Shown: positions 11,640 to 25,400 of the stretch, in pieces
How the letters are laid out: every line of letters begins with the position of its first letter
How positions within the stretch are numbered: the stretch's first letter is position 1
NCBI GenBank assembly: GCA_030141605.1
Contig: JAQGDQ010000065.1
Span: 310,001-374,000 of the forward strand
Reading direction: 5' to 3'
Length of the DNA stretch: 64,000 bases
DNA from: Tubiluchus corallicola
Lineage: Eukaryota > Animalia > Priapulida
The notes under the pieces: model-generated
What the model was told of the DNA's origin: nothing
The model's input: only the letters and a program-made list of their open reading frames with translations
Databases searched by the model: none
Made by a program: the position numbers and the translations under genes

Positions 11640-12359
11640 CTCACCTATTCTTTGACTGATGCAATTGTCACTCCTATTCCAAAGGTTGTTAACACCACAA
11701 AATGTGAAACACTAACACAACTGAAACCCAAATCATCTACATCTGTTGTTGTAAAATTTTTAGAACAGCTAACAGCTATTTAAACTTTAGAACAGTTTAA
11801 TAGATAAAATGGTCTTACTATGATATCATTAATATAATTATTATGAAACACACTTTTAGATTGCTTTATCAGTGCTTACCTTCTTAAATTCATTAGTCAT
11901 TTTTGGTTGATAATCATATTAAAAATAGCATTAATAATATACTGTTATTTATTATTCATTTAGTTTAAAGCCATTATGACCTTACAGGTACATGCAACTT
12001 TGCTTCTTTTGCTAGTGTCAATATTGCGTAGTTAAATTAATTTGTTAGTTATTTTGCTTTTAATTAGTTAATTCTGCTCATAGAATTCTGCTTTACTAAT
12101 TTTGTTTTCACTTTGTTTTGCGTAAATTTGCATAATTTTATTTACCATAATTGTTTGCCATCAATTTAATTTTGATCTGTTTTCCTATTCTATTCTTTAT
12201 TTTGTTCTAATAATATTTGCTTGCCATGCTGAAACTAGTAAACTCACTATTTGGGGGCCATCCTATCCCTTTCTAAACTTTGTAACTCATTGTTATATAC
12301 TATCTATGATTATTAATGGCATTAATAATGATCATTATTACTATCTATGGCAAAAATAA

Positions 12360-12448
<89 letters not shown>
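11640..12448 (+). mobile_element. Decayed LINE fragment ending in a (TTA)n tail
   Basis: Residual AIVTPIPK...TSVVVKFLEQL RT-proximal motif, T-rich 3'UTR, (TTA)n at 12361-12448. Confidence 0.5.
12361..12448. repeat. (TTA)n microsatellite
   Basis: About 29 perfect units. Confidence 0.97.
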
Positions 12449-12469
12449 CATTTAATTAATGAAACGTTC

Positions 12470-12760
12470 TTCAAGTTTCAATATGATTTGCTACCTAGCC
12501 ATTCTGTTGTTTCTAATTTGCTTGATTCTATCAATGAATGGGCTAAACCTTTTGATAAAGACTATGTCATGGGTACTAATATAATTTATCTTAATTTTTG
12601 TAAAGCATTTGATTCTGTCCCCTTTAAAAGGCTGTTGTGTAAATTTGAATTTTCTGGTATTTGTGGTAGAGAGTTATGCTGGTTTTGCCAGTTTATTACA
12701 TCCTGTCAACTGCACCTTTTACTAAGTGCTGTTGTTAGCCAAGCATACATTGTCATATGG
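12470..12760 (+). mobile_element. CR1-like RT fragment
   Basis: IYLNFCKAFDSVPFKRLLCKFEFSGICG matches the D(F)xKAFDxV RT motif. Confidence 0.75.
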
Positions 12761-13289
12761 GTTTCAGCTGGTATAAAATTGTTATTGAAAATAATGTCAC
12801 CTTGAAAGAAGTGTTTAGAGATTTTTCTGTATTATCTCATAAGATTGTGAAAGGATGTGATTTATTACCTATGCAGTTAGCCACAATAAGTTCACCAAAA
12901 GAATGTATAAGTTCTACAGAAAATAGAAATTTTGATTTTTAGTAATGAATTAGTTGAGAGACATCCTTGAATGTGTGGCGTCTTTTAAATTAATTGCTTT
13001 GTCTTTTTGTACACGTGTAAATAATATCTGTTTGTTTTTATCTGTGCTTGTTTCCCGTGTTCAATATTGTATTTATGTTTGCTATGAGTTTACTTATCTA
13101 TTTTTAATTGAACCGCTTATGTAATTTTACACTTGTGTTCGAAAATAAATGTAATCAGACTATGGCTGGCAATTGTGCCGTGCTTTATCTCATTTTCCTA
13201 CTTATTTGCAGAGGTAGTCTTGGAGAGACTGTTTTTGTTGCAGTTGGTAATTATGAAAGAAAATTTCTTGTAGAACAAAGTGTTTTAGA

Positions 13290-13446
13290 ATGGCTGCAAA
13301 TCGACCACCTTCTGCTTCGGGATCAAGACGTTTAGGTACTGGACAACGACCACCAACAACAAGTGCCCAGAGACCTCCAAGTTCAAGTGCTATGCGACCA
13401 GGAACAGCATCAAGATTGGCAACAGCAGCAGCTATGAGCCAACCTG
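13290..13446 (+). CDS. IFT74: IFT74 coding exon 1
   Basis: MAANRPPSASGSRRLGTGQRPPTTSAQRPPSSSAMRPGTASRLATAAAMSQP|GTAAGT. Confidence 0.85.
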
Positions 13447-16400
13447 GTAAGTTTTAGTTATCCTTATCTTTTTTGGATTTTAGACTGTTTAAAATTAAAT
13501 ATTTTTCTGGTCACTTTATAGCTTCTAAATTGCATTATTGCATGAGCATTGAGCAGTAGACAACTGTGTGTTCAACACAGTCACTGTTTTAATTCGGTTG
13601 AAAAAATATTAGCTGCCTTCTCTTTGACTTGTTACTTGTTTATAGGAACAGCACGTACCAGTTCAACTCGAGGCAGCCCAGTAGGTGGAGGCAGTGCGCT
13701 TAACACTCAGATTCAAGTTTTGGACCGTCCAACTACACAGCAAGGGCTTGGTGGAATCAAGACTGTAGTGAAAGGATCTCAACGCATGGTTCAGGATAGA
13801 TCTTATTATCTTGGTGTGTTGCGTACTAAGACAGCTGAGTTGAACACTGAAATAGAACGGTAAACTTAATCATTTTTATTAAATAAACACTGAGAGAGGC
13901 ATTTTAGTTGTATTGATCAATGTGTTCTTGGAATGTCACGAAGTCCCACCAGAATCGGGGCTCTGAAACAGAATCTGAATTAGAGCTTTAGTTCGATTTG
14001 ATCTCCTGAACTTTTATGTTTCTTAAGAACCAACCCGATTTTCCAGAGATTTTTAAAAAAAATTCAGTTTTGCTTTGACTGCAGAAGTGATTTGGTAGCA
14101 CTTTTTTTGCAAAGGTAATAATACGTACGCTCTTTTACTTTTAAACTTTAGTTAAAAATTACTTGATTCGCTGCCTTTTTTGATTGCGATTTTTACTGCT
14201 AGTTTTTTGTATTAGTTTAACAGAGCACTTCACACAACAAGGCTTGCGGTTTTTTGTTATCCAAATTTTATATGAAATGATTTATTAGTCCCTTGCAGAA
14301 AAACATCTGTTACAAAATAACCAGATCATAGTCTTTTTTATTGCAGAACAAGTGTCAGCTATAACTTTTTTTCCTGAAAATCACTGCTGTTTTATTAATC
14401 TGCCATAACTTGATTGAGAACGCCATAGATTCGAACTATGGTGTCAAGACATAGATGTGGTGTCAAGAGCTGAAAAAAATCCAGATTCAAATTCAATTCT
14501 TTTTTGAAAATAATTTTAAATTGAGATTTGGATTCAATCCAGCTTCGAAATTTATTTTAAACTAAGTCTCGGACTTGATCTGGATTCAAAAATTATTGTA
14601 AAGTGAAATTCTGTGTAGATTCGGATTCAGTAATTTCAGATTCATGACATCTTTAATGTAGTGGTTAGTTTTATTCATAGCTACTGGTATTTATCTTTGA
14701 GATGTGTATCACTTGATGCTCTTTACTGTAATCAATTGTATAGTGTGTCATATTGTAATATAGTAAAATGTTCATGTAATGATTATTGTAATCACACAAC
14801 AATTGGTGTCTTTTTTGTACATCTTTATGATTGTGGGTATTTTGGCATTAATTTTACCAGTTTACTTTCTGATTCCTGTGTAAATCAAGTATGTTTGTTA
14901 CTGATTTAAAGAAAATGACAAGTCACTTTGTAAGTTGAGTTTATTTTACTATTATCATTTAAACTTAGAAAAGTTTTTTTACTGTTATCATTTAAATTTA
15001 GAAAAATATAACAAAGAAATTTGCAAAAAACTGTAAATTTCCAGGTGTAGTGGCAACCACCATTCACTTGAAAATTATAGCATAATTGGTGGATTTCATG
15101 AATTTCGTAGCTTTCTGTAAGCACCAGCTGTTTTCAAACTATTTCAAATTTCTGCTGCTTATCTAATGTTCATGCAAAAATATCACAAAATTACCTGTCT
15201 GATTTTTTGTAAAAACTTATACTTTTAAATGGAAATTGACGTGCATTGGTATTCTTCAACTTGTGAATGACGTCATTGGTGGAAGAATGGGCATTTAAAA
15301 TGGGAGCGCCAAAGTGTGAAAAGTGATCGTGACTTTAAAGTGATTTTACGAATTACACGAGGTGCTTATCACCCTTTTATTACTAAATCCTTTTAATATT
15401 TTTCGCAAACGTTGAAATTAGCCCAACTTTTGAGACCGCTTAGCATTTCTTTTAATAGTACATTTGTTTTTTTCATGGACCATGTTCTTGTCATGTGGTT
15501 GCGTGTGATTGCAACAGTTTGTCAGTAGAGACTGAAAACTTTCAACGTGAGAACTCTCAATTTTTACTGTACGAGAAAAAAGCTGAAGCCTTAGCTCAAG
15601 AGATTAAAGATTTACAGGTATTTTATATTATCTTGTTTTGTTTTTGTCAGTGTTTAAGCAAATGATGCTTTCAGTAATGTTTTTCTTTGTTTAAGGATAA
15701 TTACGAAACTACTTAACCGCTATATTTTATAATATATTGATCTATATGGAAATATATAATATGCATGTATACCAACTGCTATCTTTATTCTTAGGGTGAG
15801 CTAGTGGACTATAACACACTTTTAGACAAAGTTAACACAGACAGGCCCATTAATGAAGTTCAAGATGATGTGAATTACCTGAAGCAACAGAATGACACAG
15901 AAGCAAAGAACATTGATGCCATATTTACCAACAAACAAGAAAAAGCAAGTTTATGCTCTGTATTTTTTATTTTTGTTTTTTTATTTATGTATTACTTATG
16001 TTAATAATCATTCTTTTTACTGGTTTGTTTGGGTGAATGAAGAAAATATCACATCTGCTCTTGGTACTCCTGTTGTTGTTTCTAAATCTTCATGTCATAA
16101 TTTTGGCTCTTCCTGCATAGAGCATAGAAAGACCAGTCTAGTCGAAATTTAAATATATTAATAGCTAACTTTTACTTTAACATCAGCGAAACTGTAAAAA
16201 CTTAATGCAATATGAACATTTTGTTATAATTGATGTGGCTCATTAAAAATATGGTCATTTGATAAAGGAAGTTACACATTGCGTTCATTTACGAGAGCTA
16301 GTTCCAAATAGTAAAATTTATGGTTTGAATTATAGTTTGTTCTTATAGATAGTTAGGCTTGTGGCCAACTGGAATGTATTTTTTAGCAAGCTCTACTTCT

Positions 16401-19400
16401 TGTAAATTCGTTTCATTATTAGAATTTTGAAAATGGTAGGCTGCTCTGTAAAAATACCAACGTTTTTTACTCCGTAGAAAAATATTTTTCATAACATTTT
16501 CAAAATATGTTTTTACATACTAAAACTTAAATAAAAATATAGGAAAGATATTTTTGATAGTTTTGGCTAGTTGCTTCCTAATGCTGCAAAATGACTAAAA
16601 GGTCACTAATATGCAAAAATGAATGTGATAAAGGCTCCTTATCATGCTCGGCATTTTATGTTAAACTAATATCAACGCTTTTTTTGTTTTTTAGCTTAAT
16701 TGATTTATGTTTGTTGACAAAAACAGGAACAGAAGTTACAAGCATTGGAACGTGAAGTGGAACAAGAACGGCAACTAGCAGACACTCTTGTAGCTCATAT
16801 GGATGAAGAGACAAAGTCCAAGTACTGTATGTTACGTGACAAGAATGCAAAGTTATTGGCTGATTTAGCTGATCAGCAGAGTCAGCTGGACACACTAAGT
16901 GCTCGAAAGGTAAAAAATGAGAGTCACTTGTGGCTTATTGATTTTCTTTACTTTCAGCATTTTAAATTGAATTATTGAAGCGTTGACATTAGAATTAGTT
17001 ATTTTTGGATAATGTTGGGTAGAAGTATAGTGAGAACTTAATGCATTATTAAAACTTACTTGAGTAGCTTTTGTTTCATTTTTCACATATAGTGATAAAA
17101 AGTGGCGGTTATGTCGCACTTACAACATGTTTACTTATGCCACTTTCTCTTTATAACTTGAGTGCAATGACGCAAGGAAATATTGTATCACTGTGGATAT
17201 GAAAGAGGCGGTAATAACCTTTAATTGAAATAATTAAACTGTATTTTTGTTTGTTGGAATCAGCATCCTCATCAGCCTTTGCAGCATAAAATGTGGTAGC
17301 GAATTCTATTTATGTATGTGAAATATGTGTTACGGACAGCGAAATAACCACAGCCCGTTTCACACAGAGAACACTCAGCAGAATTCCTCAAGGAAAATTT
17401 CCTTGCGGGATTCTTTACGAAAACGGAACAAATCGGTCAAACAGATTTTACGTAGTAGTCTTGTGAGGAATTAACAACATAACTGCTAATATGCTGTTAA
17501 TAATTTTTTTGACTACTAATTCTAGTGGCCTAATATAAGCTTGCTTCCAAGGTCTCTAGGGCAAAATTTAATAAATGTATCTTAATTTTGTTGCAAAAGC
17601 TATAATTTGGTTTTATGTATGTAAGTCTACTTGTGATGTAAAGGTATTTGTTTATCATGCGGAATAAATTAATTAAATTGAAAAAAATTTTAATCATGGC
17701 TTTCCTTGTGAAAGTTCTGCTGCCAACTAGAAGCTATGTGCATCCTCTCGAAGAAGAAATTTGCGCTTGATAGAAATGGAACATTTTCATGAGGATTCCT
17801 CATGGAATTTATGTTAAAATTTAACTATATATTTTTATATTGCATCATCCTAATACATTAGCATTGCAAATTCCAAGCTTCTGGGTAGTGTCATTTTTGA
17901 GTTTTTCTTGATTTTAAAACAAATTTTCGGTGTTCAATGCATGGCAAAAGCATAAATCACAGTTAATAATATTAGATTTAAATGTAGAGTGAGAAATTTT
18001 GCACTTGTGCATAATGTGCTAGTGCACAGTGAATTTAGTCACATTATAGTTATATTTACACACATTTATACAATTTTGCAGGGAAACTTAGAAGATGAAA
18101 TTGCAGTGTCACATATCAAACAAGAGGCTATCAGCTTGTATAATAAACTACATGAAATGGAGAGAAAGAGAGATAGCTTGCTGACTGAGGCACAAATGCG
18201 AGGAACACCAGAGGAAGAGAGAGAAAAATTACTGAAACGGGTATCTTTCTTTCTGACTTATTTGTTCTCATCTATAAGACTGCATGTCAAATTATCAGCA
18301 TTAGTATATACATGCACAGTAAGACCCTGACAAGGTATTTCAATCTTGATTATTGATCAGTGTCCTTTGATCATTGGTTTTTGGGACATTATTAAATTTT
18401 GTTTAATGGTTCTCGTAATCCAAGAGCTTTTGATACTTTGGCTACTTTTATTTGACGTAAAAAGATAAAATTAAATTATATAATGGCTAATGATGAGAAG
18501 TTGAATTGTACATTTCTGTTATTAAATCTATTTATTTTTTACAGGTTAAAGAAGATAACCAAGAGATAGCCAGCATGGAAAGGCAAGTGAATGATATCAA
18601 GGAGAAAATAGTCGCCAAACAAAATGAGATCAAAGATTTAGAATCTGAATTAGAAGAACAACATGGTGAACGCAACGTTAAATACAGGTATATCTACAGC
18701 TTATATTTTCTTGCAGCCACTTAATTGAATACTTTGTAGAATTTGTAGTTTATCAGTTTAGTGACAGCAGTTTTACAGTAATTAGAATAATGACCATTGG
18801 ATAACCTCAGAAAATGTGATTGTTCGTAATATGGCACAAAGCATTCAAACCCATAGTGCGGGTTGCAGTTCTAAAAGCAATTAACAGGTTAGTCTTTCAA
18901 TCACTGCTTCTTGATCTTGTAATGTTAAAGTAGGTTTCATGAAGTTGCCGTGAACGAGTTATTCAGTTCTATGATTTAATTTATTCCGTGTTGAATTTTG
19001 CAAATTAATGACTAATTACTGCGCAGCGACATAAATAAGCCTGCAGATCATTGTCGGAGTTGACTGTCATAAACATCTAGTTTGCACCAATACATTTTAT
19101 GTTTGTTTTTGGCTTTGCTGTGACTTAAGCAGTTTCACCATGTGGTATTTATTTACGGAAGCATTATGCTCATTTAATGTGATACTAGTGGTATAAGTCA
19201 GTTAAACTTTGTTTCGTTCATAGTAGCGTGATCTTAGAGCAAATTTGTACAGTGTGATCTAAAAAATGCCTTGTTAAATAAAATTGAGTGTGCATAAATT
19301 TCAAATGTGTCTCTAGTTATTAATACACTGTTTACTGGTACATAGTAAGTGCTGTGGATTGCAGCATTGATTACACTTTCTGCTTGAATACAGATTAGAT

Positions 19401-22400
19401 TACAGCAAATGAAGATTTTTCTGTTTTTAGTGTCTTTTCTTTATAAAATCTCATCTGTTTCTTGAAGTTACAATGCAAATTTTAATATTATGTGCATTCA
19501 TTGTAATGACAGTGTTATTTGTTCTGTATTATGCATCTAATCATACATTTTTGTGTGACAAATTCAAATGAACAAGTTTCTAAGTCAAACAGGCACTCTT
19601 GAGCCTGAAATTACAATTTTGAACAAAAAAATCACTACAATTGTGCAACGTATGTGTGTTGATACCTGAGTTGTTCGCAGGTCGTACAAGCACTACTCAT
19701 TCACTAGTATCAGATAGTAGTCATAGTTACCAGCACTGAGTTGATGTTACATTCACGAGTGCCGCCAGCCACCTTTTACAGTTAAGCTGGTATAACATTT
19801 AGGCAGAGTAGACTGTGAGTAGCATACAGATACACATTTACTGTCTTATACACCAACCATGATGCAGGAGTAATGAAGGAATATCTGGAATCTTAAAGTT
19901 CAGGTGAAGACTTTGTACTTGGCTCTGGTCAACTTCACTTTGTGGGAATCTCTAGTAGATGGTATTGTTAGTGTAGATTTTTTCTTCCAAGGTTCCTATT
20001 TTTTTGCTCGAGTTTTGCTGTATATCTAATCGTGAACTATTCCTTGTCAGCTTATACTATTCCTTGTCTGCTGTTACTGGAAGTCTTTTCCCAAGTCTTT
20101 GGAGCAACTTTCGAGCTTCCTCTAACTTATATGAAGATTCCCACAACGTGAAGTGTCGAAGATGGACTGCTTTGCATGGCCATAGAAACTATGGATGACA
20201 TTTGCACGAGCACGAATGTGGAATGGGGCAATCTCATCAGCAATGTGTGAACTATATGGCATCTTACTGTCATATATGGCCCTCTCCTCTTTGTGCCAAG
20301 ACCATAACATCATATCAGTGTCTTCTGCATCGAGTATACTGTCTGAGTTGACATGTGTGTAGAAGAATAGTGTCTGCTTTCACGTGTTGGCATTCGAGCT
20401 CTTCGAAGACTCAACTATGATTTCTTAGAGAATATATGAAATTGTTCTCTGGATGTTGCAATTACAAACTTTTAAATTTGGTTTTCAAAAATTGTTGTAA
20501 CCGAATTTTGTTTCCTGGGTTGTTGAACACGTTGCTGAAGTGCTTTAAAGATGGCAATTCATCTTTTCTTGGAAGGCATTTCTGGCACCCCTAATGAAAG
20601 ACAGTCCTGTATGCCATTGATTTTCAGCATACTTTGTACTTATATGCAGGTCATATGGATCAATTACAAAAAAATTATCTTGGTAACCACTGGATGATGA
20701 GTTAACACACAGTTAGATGCTTTGTTAGCGTAATCTTTGCAAGTAAATTTATTATCATCTTGTTTTTTGCTATCTTCATATCATGGAGTGCTGTGACACC
20801 AAATAAAGCCCATGTCTACTTCTGCTATGTAGTCATTGCTATGTATGTATGTATGCTATGTGTATGCTGAGCGAGTCTAGTTCAACAAGTTTGAGCTTGT
20901 CAACTAACTGATCTGTACCAGAAGTTAGTTGAAGACTTCTGAACTGAAGAACTTAAGGCTTCATAATTTGAAAGACTACCAGATCAGTAAATGAAGACTG
21001 AGCAAATATAGGCTTAGTAATCCAAGCACTATAAGTGGTCATTGATTCTAGGAAACATAGAACACCATTCTATAATTAGTAAACTGTTTCTTTATATTTT
21101 TAGAGAACTTAAGAAGAGGGAAGAAACAATTGATGAATTCATTGAAACATTTGAAGAAACAAAAGCAGCTGAACTCGAGCAGAAAGTTCAACTGGAAATA
21201 ACAGTGATAACTCAATTAGAGCAGGTATGGTCTGTCTGCATTTTCCTAAATAATACTGGGTAGGGAAAATTGTACAAGACGATGAGTGCTTACAAAAATT
21301 TACGTGATCCTAAGGCTAGTTATTGAATGGATAGGAGAGCGACAGGTTAGGTAACTAACTCTGACCATTCAGTACGATTCTGGTTATTTCACCTAGCTGA
21401 AGTAGATTATTTTTTCATCTGAATGTGGCTGAGGTACTTTTATCAGTTCAGTATCTTATCACGTAGGATTATTTTTTATAATCACTAGGTTTTAGTTCTG
21501 CCACAGCCATTCATATTGAGTAGGTTTTATCACTGCCGTAGAGTGTGGAACTGTAACCTTTCAGGAAGGAAGGTGTTATAATATGAAAATAATCTTGTTG
21601 ATAGCAATAGGAAGAATTAATAAAAATCCTGCAATAGAGAAATCAGAAAACATAATGTTCGAATCCACCGGTGCATACTTGTCTTCTGAAGGAAGGAAAT
21701 GAAGTACAAAAAGAGATTAACCCTTTCATTTTCGTAGTTGCTTTTTAAAGGGCCTGCATTGGCTTTTGCACATTTGACAATAACTTCTTGTGGTGTGTTA
21801 CTAAAACAGAATCTTGTAAATAAACACATAGTCATTTGTTATTAAGCGCTAATATTGAATATTAGTTTCATTTATACACATGGACGCACATCCATGCACA
21901 CATGTATGCATTCATGCATGTACCCGCACACAAACCCACACAAATAAGCACGTACCTATATTTAGAAGCCAATTTTCACAAAAGTCATATTGCTAATCCA
22001 AAATACGCAATTATTTTATAAGAATACAGAACAAATGACTAAACAAGTTTCACCAACTATCAACAAGCAATATTGCATGAGAACATATTATACAGTACAG
22101 TATTATGGAATGCACCTGGCTTCAATGCTGATTGGCTGGTTAGCGTTACTTGTTGTGAAGCAACCACAGTCCCACGGCTGTTAAACTTTTCTATAATGTT
22201 TTTGCACGGCCGTAGCAATGAAATAAACAGACCTGGGTAACTGCGCTGAGCTTGGGTGGCAGTGTGCCGCCTTCCGTCTCTTACAAGAAAAACATAGGCG
22301 GCACCGTGCTCGTAGGAAATGGTTAAATGACATTTTTTGGAATTTACGATTTTCAGTATTACAATTTAAATAGAAAAATGCTATAAGAAGAATCAAAGAG

Positions 22401-25400
22401 GCACAAAAACCACTGTTCTTGCTTTATTATGAGCACATTGCCAATATTGTTCTTCTTGTAGGCAGCTTTTGAAGTTTCTTTTACTTTAAGCTTGGCTTAG
22501 AACTTAATTCTCGTGCATTCTATGATTAACTTAACTGATTAACTTGTCTTGAAATTAAAACTGTAAATTTTTAATTGTTATTTACTTTCTAATTGTGATT
22601 GCTACATATTGTTTACCCATGTGCAATGTGTTAATCATTTCAGATAAGTCGCAGTATTAATCGGTTTGGTCATATACCATCTTCTGCAACTCAACTGCAA
22701 GACCTTCGTTCAGACTTGTCTTTTAAAGAAACAGAAATGAAAAAATCTGAAACAACTGCTATGACTTTGGAAGATGAACATGCTCGATTAAAACAGGACC
22801 TTACTAAGGTGAATCCTGCAACACCCAAATTATTTAGTAAATAAAAAATCCTGTGACACCCAAATTATTTAGTAAATTAAAAAAATCAGAGTAGAATAAT
22901 CTGCGTAATGTGTATGCTTTTTAGAAAATAATGAAACTAGTAGTTTTAAGTTGCTGATAAAATTTATATGCAAAAAATTATCCTGCATTCAGCAACAAGG
23001 CAATTTTAGCTGTAACACTCGAATGATCGATAATATTCATCGAGATTTTATCAATTCATGGACCGCTCAAGTTAAATGTGAACCACTGGTGTTCCACTAG
23101 CACTAGCAAGGCATTGCATGGTACACTACAAATCAGAGCCAACTGTATCAACAGTATACGTTTTTGCGAGCTATCAGGTAGGTTAAAGTATCAAAAGCTG
23201 AGGCATCACCTCACAGGTGTTGCAACACTCTATGCAAAAATCAAACAGTTTATGTGGACAGACTCTAGCAGAGTAGAACATCTGGAGTTAGAGTGTTTTC
23301 GAGACTGATACAGCCACCAAACTTTTTTGATAGATGTTTTGCAAAATGCTCCCCCCTTTAAGATTTGAACACAAGTCAATGCCAAGCAAGTGAACATAAG
23401 ACTGAATGGTAAGAGACTAAGGGCATGTTCATAGTAGGAAACATGAAAGGTAGTACCACGTTTGTCAGAAAATTATACAATCCAGGCTCAGCCTCATTTT
23501 TAAAATCCTTTTCAAACATTTAAGAAGTTTCTAGTCACGAGTTTTTCAAACGGATGTTATAGTAAGTATTATACTGGGTAGCATATACCATCAGCGTAGA
23601 TAGCAAGCCCAGAGAGTACAGAGTGTAGCAGATCATTGGTGAACAGCACAAACGAAGTAAGAACTATTAAGAACCTTGAGAAATACTACCATTGATTTCA
23701 TATGCAGAAGAAGATTATCTTTCATAAAGAACTTGCAATTCCGATGTTTTGATGTGATGCTATAATAAACACCAATGCTGTATGATAGAAGTTTGTGCCA
23801 GATTATCGTAAGCAATGGAAATGTCAGCGGGCATTAACCTAGACTCGCTTTAGTGCTCTATAAAGTCTTATTAATATACTCCATGATTAAAGATCGCATA
23901 TCAGCAGTAAAGCAGGAAGATCAAAATCCATATTATGTACTAACAAGAAGATCATTATTGTTTAATGACAAGTGATCATTCAGTATGGCTTCAAAGTCCT
24001 TATATGATTGGCAGCATGTTTGTAGGGTTATAAGTTGATGGAACAGATTTCTCACCATTGCCTTTTATGCGCAAGGGTAATTTTTGTGGATATTCATGAG
24101 CTGGTAATGCAGATGTTAAATAGTTTAGTCAGCAGAGAAAACAGTTCAATTTGCATATATTTTAGAGGAATGGAATTCTCTTAAGTCTAGAAGCTTTCCT
24201 TTCCTTTTTGGCGATGACTGAAATATTTCTGGCAGTCCAGCAGCGGTCAAAAAATTTATATGTGATTGTGTTTTGTTACCCCGTTCGCAAATCATTTGTG
24301 TGAAATTTTAAATAATTTCATCACTTTTTTGCAAATTTTGTGCTTTTTTTCTCACTAAATTCGCACGACGTGTTTGTGATGTGTTTGGTGATTTCGGTGA
24401 CATTTATGCAACAAGGTGAATTCTGCATGACATTCATTTGAATATATTGCAATTATTTCATGACTATTTCACTGAATTTTCTCAGAAAGAAGTGCGAGAC
24501 AACTGAGGTTCTGCAAAATATCGTCAAAATGTTGAAAAATAATCTCAAAGTCGTTTTAACATTCTCAAAAACATCTCATAATGTTCTTCAAGTTCTTGTG
24601 TATTTTGAAATTGTTGACGAACATCACGAATAATAATTAGCGACATATTTGAGCAGGTTTGGTGCAAGTTCAGACAACTTTATCAACGTTTGAAGTAAAG
24701 CTTGGGTGAGATGGTGAGTTTTTGGACTCTTTTAAAATTTTCAACTGAAGCTAGTGACCTTTTGACGACAATGGTGAACACTTCGCTTGTTTTACTACTG
24801 TAGGAAATTTTGGAGCATATTTAGGTATTATTGAACTCAGAAATTTTTGGATAATAGACGAAGTCGCGAATGCCCTGAAACCGTTGCTTTAGGTCCAGCA
24901 CTGAGCTGATATGAACAATCTTGTCTGAGCAGATAAAAACTTCGAGTCCATTGAGCAAAGTAGGGGTAGTGCATTTGGTGCAGCCGAGGATTCTGTTTGA
25001 CTCTCTTGAGCTTAACAGTTGATTTAAAATTGAGCTTTGGAATGATTCAACATATTTCAGCCTTGTTGTCTCCAGAGAATTTTTGTCAGAGTAAGACATG
25101 CACTGTGGAAAGATTTTGTTGTAGCTTTAAACCTGTATACAAGGTTTTCGGGCTTTTAGGACAATTCTTACTGCTGTTTCACTTGGCAGTCCAAAGAAGT
25201 GTCTTTATTTTCGGAGCTTGTTTTTTTTAACTTCAAGAAATTTCCTTTGTCCTAGTGTATAATTGTTGATTATCAAAGGCCATTCCATTTTTACAGTCAA
25301 CTTTATGTAAATGAAGATTGTATATAACAAAAAATAAATATAAAAAGAAAAAGCAAAGCAATAAAGAGCAGATAAATCATTCCTCTAGCATTTACTCTGT

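Noticed and set aside
12347-12805. 152-aa ORF with poly-Tyr
   Set aside because: A (TTA)n microsatellite fused to a dead RT fragment
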